From a virus, in IMG/VR virus record IMGVR_UViG_3300025131_011243, positions 1 through 64,000 of that record: a stretch of DNA of 64,000 nt; one strand, written 5' to 3'. This document shows, piece by piece, positions 41,507 to 51,102 of the stretch; within the stretch, counting starts at the first letter, position 1, and each line of letters opens with the position of its first letter. The position numbers and the translations under genes are program-made. The notes under the pieces are model-generated. The model searched no databases and was not told where the DNA came from. It was given only the letters and a program-made list of their open reading frames with translations.

Positions 41507-43392
41507 TCTACAACCCCAATCGGTTCGAGTACCGTTCCATCCCAAGTTCTCCATTCGCCCAAAGACGATACCTGATATCCCATAGCATTGGGCTTGGGAA
41601 CAAACTCCATGATCGAAACCTGTTCTGGATCTACCTTCGACAGCCCTACGGCATCGCTCAAAAAGAACAAAGGATTTAAAGGACCACCAGCCTCTTCCCT
41701 GAACGTTATCCACTCTTTGTACAAATCAAAACGCTTGTCAATCAATTCATCCGAAGTAAGCCTTCGACGGAACCTTGTATACTTAGTCTCCACCCCAGTG
41801 CCATGGGGCCATGCTTCTCCCACAGGTTCCCACTCCCATTCGTCCTTCTCATTCTGTTCTTCAACTGTTTTGGGGAAAATGAAAGCGTCTGTATATTCAT
41901 ACCCTTCAAGAGTAGCCTTGATGTCAATTGGCATTTCGTCTGTATCTTTTCTGCTGTGGTAGTAGTAGATATTTTTCAACCAAGGTCTATCCGCATCTTC
42001 CCCCTTTGCTGCCATATCTAACATTTGCTCGATTGAGATTTTATTCTTGGCTACTTTCACGCCATCCAGCAACGAACTCTTGATAGCCCTGGCGACATCG
42101 ATGTCGGTCGTAAAGCTGATCGTATCGCTTGCTCCTCCGCCAAGACCTAATCCAAGACCCTGAGATAATTCTTCTCTGGTCTTCAGACCGCTATTGATAA
42201 CTTCATCTCTTGCTGTCGTTACATGGTACAATCTCTGCGGCAAAGGCTTAACTGTTTCGATATTGCCTACGTTAAGAAGGAGACCTCTGTCCCTTGCAGT
42301 TTGGGGATTTATTTCTCCCCTTCCTATGGCACGTTGCATTTGGCCCTTCCATTCTCTCCTTTTGTTCCACCATTCTTTATAGGCATCCTCATCGTCGCCA
42401 TAGCGTTCATCCCATGGACCGGCATAATCCTTTTCAGACATATCCCAAAGATTGGATTGTGACTCTTTATGCCAGTTCATCTTGTCCGCTTCCATTAGGT
42501 CGGCTGACAGGTCACGCCACGCCAGGTCGATCCACGCCTGTTCATGGGTTCCAATCAGAGCATGGTCCACGCCACTGCCATGGATGCCGCTCTCGTGATC
42601 AGAGATGCGGACCTCGATCACTTCATCGCCCCGATCCAGCGTGACGTATTGGCTGAAGGAGCGGGACGAAGGCTCGGTGTACACACTCCAGCCGTGCGAC
42701 CTTGCCGTGTCCGTGACCGCCGCAACGGCCTGCTCGACCCATTCAACTCGGGCATCGTCATCCGCCAAGTTGGGGTCTATCGCCGGAGGCAGATCAATGG
42801 CTTCCGGCTCGGCTACTTCGGCCTCCTCATCTCCAGGTTGATTGGCTTCTTCGACAAGCTGACGATAATATGATCTAGCCAGACTTTCTCCAGCAGGCGT
42901 CATTTGCCCTAAAATCTGATCTGGTTTTCTATTCTTCATCCATTCAGATAATAGATAAGTACCTATCCCCATACTTTGCATTTCATCCACAACCCACACG
43001 CCAGGAACTCCCCATTCATCAGATACTAGACCCACAGCCTCGCCTTGCTCAAAAGCTACAATAGTGTTATTGTATAAATCCTTGCCTTGCAATCTTATTT
43101 CTTCATCAGTTAAATACAAAGCCAAGCCCTTTTCATCTCTAACTATTTCATCATTATCATCTGTTCGCACGTATTTGTTTTTCTCTCCATTCTGCCTAAA
43201 CTCAATAGGCATATCTCCAAATACCTTTTGGGAATGTAAAACAGGATACCCTTCTATCTGCATCCAAGACAGGCCCTCTCTATCCGCATAATCTTCATAA
43301 GCATCAGACGAGATATCTCCTGTACGATGATGGTCTATGAATTCATCCTCTGTCATATCTGTTACATTTTGTGCAAATTTATACCAGTTCAT
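41503..43392 (-). CDS. MNW-leader fusion: GNAT + GC-rich insert domain + internal MNW + ART-like domain
   Basis: WVVDEMQSMGIGTYLL; VRISDH; internal MNWHKESQ at 42480; LYHVT/ISFTT/GEWR. Confidence 0.75.
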   Translation of the reverse strand: MNWYKFAQNVTDMTEDEFIDHHRTGDISSDAYEDYADREGLSWMQIEGYPVLHSQKVFGDMPIEFRQNGEKNKYVRTDDNDEIVRDEKGLALYLTDEEIRLQGKDLYNNTIVAFEQGEAVGLVSDEWGVPGVWVVDEMQSMGIGTYLLSEWMKNRKPDQILGQMTPAGESLARSYYRQLVEEANQPGDEEAEVAEPEAIDLPPAIDPNLADDDARVEWVEQAVAAVTDTARSHGWSVYTEPSSRSFSQYVTLDRGDEVIEVRISDHESGIHGSGVDHALIGTHEQAWIDLAWRDLSADLMEADKMNWHKESQSNLWDMSEKDYAGPWDERYGDDEDAYKEWWNKRREWKGQMQRAIGRGEINPQTARDRGLLLNVGNIETVKPLPQRLYHVTTARDEVINSGLKTREELSQGLGLGLGGGASDTISFTTDIDVARAIKSSLLDGVKVAKNKISIEQMLDMAAKGEDADRPWLKNIYYYHSRKDTDEMPIDIKATLEGYEYTDAFIFPKTVEEQNEKDEWEWEPVGEAWPHGTGVETKYTRFRRRLTSDELIDKRFDLYKEWITFREEAGGPLNPLFFLSDAVGLSKVDPEQVSIMEFVPKPNAMGYQVSSLGEWRTWDGTVLEPIGVVE

Positions 43393-43856
43393 CAATACCT
43401 CACCATATGAGCAGAACCATCTGAATTCGTTGATTCAATATCAAAACCAAAACGATCCTCCAGAACGTGGACTAACCTTGGATTAATAACCCATAATCTC
43501 ATCATCGTTTTCATATCATACTGACTGCTGAAGCTTTCGTAATACTCTATGGCCTCTTTGATCAGCTTGATTCCTACCAATCCTTTCCCTCTAAATTCCG
43601 GCAAAACAGAAATGTCAAATGAAAACACAGATACGTCATCCTCATTACCCCATCCGCTGGAAATCGCACCAATCACACGACCATCCTCAATAGCCAGATG
43701 AGATAAGTCCTTGGTAGAATCCGGCCTTACTCCACTGTCTTCAAAGACCTTATCAGCTTGATCGGCCAGGTCGTAGATATCCTCATCAAGATCGATGTCT
43801 ATATCATCTTCCAATGAGAACGGAACGATATTCACAGCTTGCTTATACCAGTTCAT
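43392..43856 (-). CDS. MNW-leader GNAT acetyltransferase
   Basis: ISVLPEFRGKGLVGIKLI. Confidence 0.8.
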   Translation of the reverse strand: MNWYKQAVNIVPFSLEDDIDIDLDEDIYDLADQADKVFEDSGVRPDSTKDLSHLAIEDGRVIGAISSGWGNEDDVSVFSFDISVLPEFRGKGLVGIKLIKEAIEYYESFSSQYDMKTMMRLWVINPRLVHVLEDRFGFDIESTNSDGSAHMVRY

Positions 43857-44391
43857 CTTTGTCCTCATTCTGATCTAGAATCATAACAGCATTCGAATCT
43901 GGGTACTTGTTGACGAATCCCATGTCCTCGTACCATTTTCTTAGCTTCTTGGAATTCAATCCAGGTTTCCCTCTGCCAACTTGGCCATGAATGGGAGCCG
44001 GTTCGATAACAACCTTAACTCCAATCTCTTTAGCAACAGACAATAATTGCTGCATAGCTTCATTTCCTCTGCCGGATTTTCGTTCCGAAGGATCGACAAT
44101 AATACCGGAAAGAGTGATTTGATCATCCCTAGCAGAGTAAGAGTCTCCTACCATGACATAGTTCTTATGGGGATATAGATCATTACGAGACAGACCCAGC
44201 TTAACCTTGCCGTCTTGACTGACTAGCGTAGGATAAGTGTAGGATCCAATGTTCATAGCATTGGGGTTCATGCTCAGGTCTTCCATGTTCATGGCTTCTT
44301 CATAAGTCCAGCCATATTCTGCCATTTTATCAGCAATCATTTGGACCAGGTTGACATTGGACTCGGTCTGTGATTCTTTATACCAATTCAT
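43843..44391 (-). CDS. MNW-leader GNAT acetyltransferase
   Basis: IIVDPSERKSGRGNEAM, LRKWYEDMGF. Confidence 0.8.
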   Translation of the reverse strand: MNWYKESQTESNVNLVQMIADKMAEYGWTYEEAMNMEDLSMNPNAMNIGSYTYPTLVSQDGKVKLGLSRNDLYPHKNYVMVGDSYSARDDQITLSGIIVDPSERKSGRGNEAMQQLLSVAKEIGVKVVIEPAPIHGQVGRGKPGLNSKKLRKWYEDMGFVNKYPDSNAVMILDQNEDKDELV

Positions 44392-44403
44392 AGCTTATCT
44401 AAT

Positions 44404-44466
44404 GTTCTATAAATGGGGGTCATTATCCTTGCTGATAGAAGGTTATGCTATCCTTATTGCCGAAAT
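44404..44466. promoter_or_regulatory. back-to-back AGG-N19-GAA promoter-like motifs
   Basis: Minus: AGG 44429-44427 ... GAAC; plus: AGG 44440-44442 ... GAAAT; each precedes an MNW gene. Confidence 0.65.
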
Positions 44467-44472
44467 TGAGGT

Positions 44473-45228
44473 ATGAACTGGTTTAAGAAGATCTCGTCCG
44501 TCACCTTCTCCCCTTCCGGGACCCATGGTATAGCCCAACCCATGAGCCTGCTGGATCTATCTTCAGACCTATTTAGATTCGCAATTAAGAACAAAATAAT
44601 ATCAGGAAAACACAATAGCGTAGACGTAGATGGAGACAGCGACTGGATGTCAGGCTTGGGCATTATTAACTTCTACCTGACAGACGATGCTACCCTAGAA
44701 GATGTTAAAAGAGTCGTAGATGCCTATAACGAAAGCCAAGCAGGACAGGTCTATATTCAGGTGGGAAGGCAAGAACAATCCGGTATGATGGCTGGAGATG
44801 TTGTTCGACTGAACGTTATCAAAAATACTACATCAGACAGAGAAGAAGTGCCAGAAATGAACTTGGCTAATGCCAATGCCTATAAAATGATGCAAGTACT
44901 CAAAAGGTTTGGACTAAATATTGAAGATATCAATAATGGATGTATCGATGTGGACGACTACATGGGGGCAAGACAGTTGATGACCGATCAAACATTAAAA
45001 GAACATGAACAAAAATTCGACATGAATAGAGACTGGGACCAAATGATGGGGACATATCAAGAACCAGAACCATGGGAACAATCAGAGCCAGAAGAACCAA
45101 CGCCAGAGAATGTTCATGGTCCTGACTTTGACTTGAATAGAATAAACCAATACCTGTCAAGATTAGACGGTATCGCTCAATGGACCATTGACAACGATCT
45201 TCCTGATCGCAGAATTTGCTGGAGCTAA
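44473..45228 (+). CDS. MNW-leader protein
   Basis: MNWFKKISS; EMNLANANA. Confidence 0.75.
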   Translation: MNWFKKISSVTFSPSGTHGIAQPMSLLDLSSDLFRFAIKNKIISGKHNSVDVDGDSDWMSGLGIINFYLTDDATLEDVKRVVDAYNESQAGQVYIQVGRQEQSGMMAGDVVRLNVIKNTTSDREEVPEMNLANANAYKMMQVLKRFGLNIEDINNGCIDVDDYMGARQLMTDQTLKEHEQKFDMNRDWDQMMGTYQEPEPWEQSEPEEPTPENVHGPDFDLNRINQYLSRLDGIAQWTIDNDLPDRRICWS

Positions 45229-45461
45229 CAGAATATAGACGCCTTTACGATCTTGTCGTTTTCGATATGAACACACATTCGATTGGGAATGGCACAGTAA
45301 TCCAGATGCTCCTCAATAAACTTCCCATCAACACTCAAAATGCTAACGAACAACGGCTTGCCCTCTCTGTCCCTCTTGCCCTTAAGAGCAAACTTAGCCT
45401 CCCTGTGCGTTAGACCTATAATGGACTGCTGAAGAGCCTCTCGTTCTTCTGTCGGATTCAT
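45225..45461 (-). CDS. hypothetical protein
   Basis: Likely start MNPTEE after GGGGAG. Confidence 0.55.
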   Translation of the reverse strand: MNPTEEREALQQSIIGLTHREAKFALKGKRDREGKPLFVSILSVDGKFIEEHLDYCAIPNRMCVHIENDKIVKASIFC

Positions 45462-45462
45462 A

Positions 45463-45885
45463 TTAACTCCCCAATACCATAGGATATTTACCAAAACCTA
45501 TCTTCTCGCTGTCGATGGGGTCTTGAGGTTTATCAAACGCTGACGGAACAAGATATCCAAACAAGCAACTTCCTCCCCATCCTTCTTCGTAAGCATTGCC
45601 ATCATGAACCCATATACTGACTCGCATCCAACCACTTTCTGCCCAGACTTCGAACAACTCGTCAAAAACAAGCTTCTCTCTGAAAGCAATGTATTCTTCT
45701 TGGTTTTCGTGCGGGATTGCAATGCAGATGTTAAGTCCGTACAACTTGTCTTTGTCTTCACAGTCTTTGGGAACAAGATTAAAAGGCATGGCAGCTAGAC
45801 ATGACATACTGGATATGGGAATACTATCACGCTCTCCAGTCTTCTGATTTACGAAGAACATTTTCTTCATGGCATTCCTACGCAA
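45463..45885 (-). CDS. hypothetical protein
   Basis: 140 aa ORF. Confidence 0.6.
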   Translation of the reverse strand: MRRNAMKKMFFVNQKTGERDSIPISSMSCLAAMPFNLVPKDCEDKDKLYGLNICIAIPHENQEEYIAFREKLVFDELFEVWAESGWMRVSIWVHDGNAYEEGWGGSCLFGYLVPSAFDKPQDPIDSEKIGFGKYPMVLGS

Positions 45886-46232
45886 AAAGGAGGCTCTCTA
45901 AAAGCCTTAAACACCAAACCATTGCCGATTACAAGTGGAACTACTTTAGCAATCATGTCAATACACGATTGCTCGTCATCGAACTTGCAGAAAGTGCAAT
46001 CCCCAGTCATGACTTTCTCCATACCGTCAGCACGATATGGAGGAGTTCTCATAGGGTTAAAATATAATCCCCATTGTTCGGTCTGGGAAAAGAGCATGAA
46101 TTTAGCATCGATGCCGTAGATCTCTCCAAGATCCTCATCGACCACGAACCTAGCCATGAAATCTTCAAAACTATTGATCTCTTCTGGATTAAAATAATCT
46201 CTGATACTCATGCAATATAGATCGTCACACAA
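45867..46232 (-). CDS. hypothetical protein
   Basis: 121 aa ORF. Confidence 0.55.
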   Translation of the reverse strand: MCDDLYCMSIRDYFNPEEINSFEDFMARFVVDEDLGEIYGIDAKFMLFSQTEQWGLYFNPMRTPPYRADGMEKVMTGDCTFCKFDDEQSCIDMIAKVVPLVIGNGLVFKAFREPPFCVGMP

Positions 46233-46249
46233 ATTGCCAGATCTTGAAC

Positions 46250-46630
46250 CTAGAACATGAAGCCGTCTTCGTCGTCTTGTCTTTCTCGCTCAACTATATA
46301 GGGCTCCTCTACCTCATACGCTTCACTACCATAGGCTGGATCTATAGTATGAAAAGAACTATCACTCTCCGGGGTCCACCCTTTATCAGCCTTAGCTTGA
46401 TACTCGGATGCTTTCTGATCGGAAGAATTCTGATCTCTGGTTCCAAGGTCAGCAGCCCAACGAGATCCATCTGTCATTTCGGCAACAATATAAAAGGATT
46501 CTCCATAGATGTGACCACTGGGATTCTCCATATCAGCTAACTCTGGATCTTGTCCAATCACCCCATAATCTGATCGGGCAAAAACTCGAACGACCCTATC
46601 TTTGTACCCTGAAGTTTTAACAATCCTCAT
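46250..46630 (-). CDS. second-leader protein (MRIVKTSGY)
   Basis: Leader plus IDPAYGSEAY motif. Confidence 0.7.
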   Translation of the reverse strand: MRIVKTSGYKDRVVRVFARSDYGVIGQDPELADMENPSGHIYGESFYIVAEMTDGSRWAADLGTRDQNSSDQKASEYQAKADKGWTPESDSSFHTIDPAYGSEAYEVEEPYIVERERQDDEDGFMF

Positions 46631-46641
46631 AACGATATCCT

Positions 46642-47271
46642 TTATATGTACTCTACCTTGGCTACTTTCAGTGGACCATTGAACGCAATACTACCACCTC
46701 TTCCAACAAATTGCAACAAATCCTCTTGACTCATGATGGATTTCATCTTACGAGCAACATCCTTGACCATCTCTGAATAAGAGGCGTCAACATTATCAGA
46801 CCCCTCCATCATCTCGTTTGTCGCATGAAATCCATCAAATGCCTCGTCCATCGAAACGTTGCCCCACTCCGGATTACGATCCTCTTGGATCATTCTCCTG
46901 TAAGCCTCCCAGACCTCTTTGACCCCCGGCTCGCTAGAAGAAGGATTTGTATCAGATAAATAGTCTGCAACCTGATCTTCATCAGGCATAGCTAAGTTGT
47001 AGTCAGGAACAGCATGGATAACAGCTACACCTTGAGCCTTGGTAATGCTGGAGATCTCTTTAGCATACTTAATTGCTGCGTCTTTTGAAAAGAAACAATA
47101 AACGCTATCCGGGTCTGAGGGGTTTCCGCCAAAAAACCCTCCGCTCCAATTGCCTGGTCCCGATCCTCTGGGAGAGATAATTCCATCTTGCTCAATCTTT
47201 TGGGCAAGAGAAGCTATCGTTCCATGATAAACGATGTTGGACAAAGATTGGGAAGTCTTGTACCAGTTCAT
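46642..47271 (-). CDS. MNW-leader ADP-ribosyltransferase-like protein
   Basis: VYHGT..I..DGI, VY, A.KYA, PDED. Confidence 0.65.
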   Translation of the reverse strand: MNWYKTSQSLSNIVYHGTIASLAQKIEQDGIISPRGSGPGNWSGGFFGGNPSDPDSVYCFFSKDAAIKYAKEISSITKAQGVAVIHAVPDYNLAMPDEDQVADYLSDTNPSSSEPGVKEVWEAYRRMIQEDRNPEWGNVSMDEAFDGFHATNEMMEGSDNVDASYSEMVKDVARKMKSIMSQEDLLQFVGRGGSIAFNGPLKVAKVEYI

Positions 47272-47360
47272 ACAGTTCGATATATCGCTCTAAAGTTCCT
47301 GGATCACGACGCTTTAAGCGACAAACTGTCGGGATTCAGAGTGTCTGATTATCAGATATC

Positions 47361-47576
47361 ATGAATTGCGACATGAAAAACATATCCACCTACGTCTCTT
47401 GGGAAGTTTGGCAAATGATGCGACCAGCATTCAGGGCGGTCTCTGATAAGTACGGAAACCAATTTAGGCAAAGTATTTGTCGAGGATTTGATAAAGGAAG
47501 AAACCCTTCATTCCTAGCACAGAGGATACAACAAAGAATGTTAAAAGACCCGCAAGGAACCCAATATGAGGATTAA
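47361..47576 (+). CDS. hypothetical protein
   Basis: 71 aa, overlaps next start. Confidence 0.45.
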   Translation: MNCDMKNISTYVSWEVWQMMRPAFRAVSDKYGNQFRQSICRGFDKGRNPSFLAQRIQQRMLKDPQGTQYED

Positions 47577-48111
47577 CCTTTTCGGAGCCCCAGGCAGTGG
47601 TAAATCAACAACTGCCGCATGGCTGTTTTCAGAACTCAAAGTAGCTGGATATAACGTCGAACAAGTCACAGAATATGTCAAGTTCTGGACCTACATCCCC
47701 AGAGAAGTAAAGCCTTGGGATCAAGTCTACATCTTAGGCAAACAAATCCATCAAGAAGCGACGATCTTAGCCGGAGGAGCAGACCATATCGTTTCTGATT
47801 CTCCGCTGCTTATAGCTGTGTTCTACTCTTTCTATTATAACAACCCAATGCAATACGATCTACTGAACATAGCCCTTAGATTCGAAATGCACTATCCATC
47901 CATCAACATCTATCTCGAACAAGATGATATTATGGAATTCTCGGATACCGGCAGATATCACGGTAAAGAAGAATCTGCAAAAATCGATGCAGATATGAAA
48001 GACTATCTTACGATGTGGACTAATGGGAAGTTTACAAGATTAAAAGCAACGGATAGGGAAAATATAATATCCAATGTAGTCGATGCCTTGTCTAGTCATC
48101 AAAAAACCTAA
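47566..48111 (+). CDS. P-loop kinase (NadR/AAA_28-like)
   Basis: INLFGAPGSGKST, EYVK, SDSPLL. Confidence 0.85.
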   Translation: MRINLFGAPGSGKSTTAAWLFSELKVAGYNVEQVTEYVKFWTYIPREVKPWDQVYILGKQIHQEATILAGGADHIVSDSPLLIAVFYSFYYNNPMQYDLLNIALRFEMHYPSINIYLEQDDIMEFSDTGRYHGKEESAKIDADMKDYLTMWTNGKFTRLKATDRENIISNVVDALSSHQKT

Positions 48112-48451
48112 TCTTGTGACCAGGATACATGTTGATCAAATTCAATGTAGCGTCCTCAACAAGTGGCCTACTCCACCCTTCTGATGACAATAGTTTGGCA
48201 GACCCAAAATCTATTACTCTCATCGATATAAACCTTCGTCCTATGCGACCGTAGGAAAATATCCTGCCCAACTTCTTCTTCATAGAAATGTTTTGATCTT
48301 CAAATGTCCGATGATCGGTCTTGACTTCTTCTTTACTCAAGACGATAAGCTCATTGTTCAGAGAAGACCACCACCAATAAGATACACAATCTTCTTCATG
48401 ACCTATTGAACAATAATTAAACGGAACCCACTCATCTAAACTTATCTCCAT
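48092..48451 (-). CDS. hypothetical protein
   Basis: YCSIGH...SYGRI. Confidence 0.55.
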   Translation of the reverse strand: MEISLDEWVPFNYCSIGHEEDCVSYWWWSSLNNELIVLSKEEVKTDHRTFEDQNISMKKKLGRIFSYGRIGRRFISMRVIDFGSAKLLSSEGWSRPLVEDATLNLINMYPGHKIRFFDD

Positions 48452-48476
48452 ATTACTATCGACAAAATTTCGGCAC

Positions 48477-48502
48477 AAAAAAAGCGACCCTAATAGGTCG
48501 CT
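48477..48502 (-). terminator. intrinsic terminator
   Basis: AGCGACC/GGTCGCT stem plus T-run. Confidence 0.7.
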
Positions 48503-48523
48503 CTACCGCACATGCCGGGAGGT

Positions 48524-48910
48524 TTATCCAAGATATGACGTTATTTCGTATTTGCCCGAAGGCATAACACACCAAGATAACGTTAGCATAGCATTCTTAA
48601 CAGGAGATCTCTGACCGTCTACTTCCCATACCAAATCAAAGTCTGCCCGTTGGTCGGCAGCTTGAGGGTCTCCACATTCCTTACCCCCAAGTAACATGCC
48701 ATTCCAATTCGACCCCTCTTCATCTATGGGGTAAACATCGTGGGCTTTGAGGATATCAAACAAACCCTGAAGCGGGATTTGCTCGAAATACTTGCCTGTC
48801 AAAAGATCGTATATCTTCCGGCTTATGCTACGCTTCACCTGAGGAGGCAAAACTTTTGGCATTGGCAAGGCACTTTCATTTTCCCATCCCGCTGTCCTGA
48901 TTACCCTCAT
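48524..48910 (-). CDS. second-leader protein (MRVIRTAGW)
   Basis: Leader; L.LSW..MPSGKYEITSY. Confidence 0.75.
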   Translation of the reverse strand: MRVIRTAGWENESALPMPKVLPPQVKRSISRKIYDLLTGKYFEQIPLQGLFDILKAHDVYPIDEEGSNWNGMLLGGKECGDPQAADQRADFDLVWEVDGQRSPVKNAMLTLSWCVMPSGKYEITSYLG

Positions 48911-49410
48911 GCCCCCATTCTCCTCTCAGCCATCATCTCCTGATGAGATTCCCAAGCACTTTGAGACCTCTCTTCTAGATACTTAATGAACTCTTCGTCC
49001 AAAGGTTCCGGAACAACTCTTTGACCCTTACATTCGTAACATTGAACGTCATATCGCCCGCTTGTGTATTCTTCTGCAAAATCTGGATCTTCAGCAAAAT
49101 CCTCTCCCGTCAATCCACCCGCATCAATGGATGGATTGACATGAGTACCCTTGCCTTGGCAAGTTTCACAAACCACCCATTTGAAAGGAATCATTTTCCG
49201 TTCCGTTGTATCGTAATCCAGAGACCCGTCAGGACCCACAGGGGCTGGCATCTCTACCAAAGCTTGCATGTTCTTGATATCAAGCTTTTCGTACCAACTG
49301 CCTTTGTTGCCAGCCATGACTCGACTGTCGCCCATGTAATTGAGGTCGTCCATGATAGCTCTTGCATCTGAGTTAGACATCTTGTATCCTTTTGTTCTTA
49401 TGGTTCTCAT
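48907..49410 (-). CDS. second-leader protein with DnaJ-type CxxCxGxG zinc motifs
   Basis: MRTIRTKGY; CETCQGKG, CYECKGQR. Confidence 0.75.
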   Translation of the reverse strand: MRTIRTKGYKMSNSDARAIMDDLNYMGDSRVMAGNKGSWYEKLDIKNMQALVEMPAPVGPDGSLDYDTTERKMIPFKWVVCETCQGKGTHVNPSIDAGGLTGEDFAEDPDFAEEYTSGRYDVQCYECKGQRVVPEPLDEEFIKYLEERSQSAWESHQEMMAERRMGA

Positions 49411-49413
49411 GGT

Positions 49414-50373
49414 TTAATATCCATCTGGGTAGTCATTGGGATTATAATCTCTGTCCCAAGCTTCTTGTCTTTCTATTTCATCCATAGGATCATATTCTGG
49501 TTCATCATATCCAACGTCACTCGTATCCAAGTCATCGTCGTCTATGGCGGGACCCCATCTCTCTTCTATCGTTTGGAACAATTCTTTTGGCATTTGGATT
49601 TTCGTTTTGCCGTCTATGATAAGAGTTGCTCCATTAACAAGCCTTTCATCAGATCCCTCTGGGGGATATCCGGGATCTCCATTCGATAGGGTATGAACAC
49701 CTGGATCATAGTATCCTGAGCTTTCGTAATCAATAGATATTTCCATCGTATGATCGGAAGGGTTCGCTCCTAATGAAGAGAAATGTTGCATGATAAATGC
49801 AGAGACATCATCCGGTACGGCTGTATCGTTTCCTTCTTCTATAATCTCGTTCGTCTCTTCGGGTATGTATAATTCAACTGTGATGCTTCCGTATACTCCG
49901 CTCCAAGATTTGGAGCGTCCAGCACTCTTAAGCCATCCAGACCTTCTGCCGACTCTTATCCAATCTCGCTGATCCATCTGAAGCTTGTTCTCAACGGGCT
50001 GTTCTGGTTGCGTTGGTTGTTCTGGTTGAGTTGGTTGCGTTGGCAAAGGGCCATATTTAATCTCGTCTTCAGACGTCACGTTGAATCCCTTACCCTTAAG
50101 TGAAGCGATTGCCTGTTGTAACTGTTCGGCAGGCATAGGAACCCTAAACGATTGTCCTGTAAACATCCTCTCATTAAAATTCTGTGGCTTAACACTCTTA
50201 AGGTATTGTTTGGCTCTATTGCTTACAAATTCCAACACCACAGGACCACTACCAGGACCTCCATCATGCAATAATATATCCGCTTCTCTACGGCGACGAG
50301 AGGTCTCCATTTGAGCAGGAGTTCTTTCGTCTTCCCATGCCGTCTTCCATCCCGATGTTCTGATTACTTTCAT
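49414..50373 (-). CDS. second-leader protein (MKVIRTSGW)
   Basis: Leader; QP linker; internal DWIRVGRRSGWLKSAG. Confidence 0.75.
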   Translation of the reverse strand: MKVIRTSGWKTAWEDERTPAQMETSRRRREADILLHDGGPGSGPVVLEFVSNRAKQYLKSVKPQNFNERMFTGQSFRVPMPAEQLQQAIASLKGKGFNVTSEDEIKYGPLPTQPTQPEQPTQPEQPVENKLQMDQRDWIRVGRRSGWLKSAGRSKSWSGVYGSITVELYIPEETNEIIEEGNDTAVPDDVSAFIMQHFSSLGANPSDHTMEISIDYESSGYYDPGVHTLSNGDPGYPPEGSDERLVNGATLIIDGKTKIQMPKELFQTIEERWGPAIDDDDLDTSDVGYDEPEYDPMDEIERQEAWDRDYNPNDYPDGY

Positions 50374-50421
50374 ACTGAATTCTCCTGCTTAGAACTTATC
50401 TATACCCTTCTGCTCAAATCG

Positions 50422-50691
50422 TCAGTTTCCTTCAATGCTATCGAATAAAGTGGAATCAGGTTTATTCTTGACGGAAGTTTTCTTGGGTTCAGGAACCTCT
50501 TGATTCAAGGATTTCAATATCCTGAATACGTCAGAAAATTTACTGTACTTGATGCCCCACTTTAATCGCTGTAGCAAATGAGAATTAGATCCAGTATAAA
50601 CATACCGTTTGCCATCAATATAGACTACAAGCCTGCCCGTAGAGTCGTGAGCCGCAATTTGGACTTCAGTAGCAATCTTAAACCAGTTCAT
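50422..50691 (-). CDS. MNW-leader small protein
   Basis: MNWFKIAT. Confidence 0.7.
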   Translation of the reverse strand: MNWFKIATEVQIAAHDSTGRLVVYIDGKRYVYTGSNSHLLQRLKWGIKYSKFSDVFRILKSLNQEVPEPKKTSVKNKPDSTLFDSIEGN

Positions 50692-50730
50692 ACATTATAT
50701 TCGATTATTTCATATGATGAACCTGGAAAC

Positions 50731-50771
50731 AAAAAAAAGGCCCCTCCGTCCATGCGTAGGGACGAAGAGGC
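50731..50771 (-). terminator. probable intrinsic terminator
   Basis: Imperfect GC stem plus T8. Confidence 0.55.
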
Positions 50772-50817
50772 TAGAAACATGAAGCATTTACTCTATCTAT
50801 ATCGTCATATTGACGGA

Positions 50818-51018
50818 TTATACATCATCGTCAAAATCATCTTCTATAGGAGCGAACTCAATAAGATAAGTCCCACCAACAATGATCTCTTGACCCTTTT
50901 CGGTCATGAAACATGCTCTCTCTTTTGAATATGAAATATTAGTGACATTTTCCCAAGCAAGGAAGGGCTCCTTGGGATTAGGGGTATATAACACTACTCT
51001 ACCTTTTCTGTCTGACAT
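50818..51018 (-). CDS. hypothetical protein
   Basis: 66 aa, AGGAG upstream. Confidence 0.6.
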   Translation of the reverse strand: MSDRKGRVVLYTPNPKEPFLAWENVTNISYSKERACFMTEKGQEIIVGGTYLIEFAPIEDDFDDDV

Positions 51019-51078
51019 GTTTGTTCTCCTATGTATTACCTATCGACAGAACTCAAATTGTAATTGAATTTTTGGCAC

Positions 51079-51102
51079 AAAAAAGCGGCACGAATGCCGC
51101 TT
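51079..51102 (-). terminator. intrinsic terminator
   Basis: AAGCGGCA/TGCCGCTT stem plus T-run. Confidence 0.75.

Noticed and set aside
16246-43868. ORF-track starts at 17931, 18298, 22452, 26845, 41713 and 43868
   Set aside because: Extensions overlap neighbours or promoters; the MNW ATG is the better-supported start.
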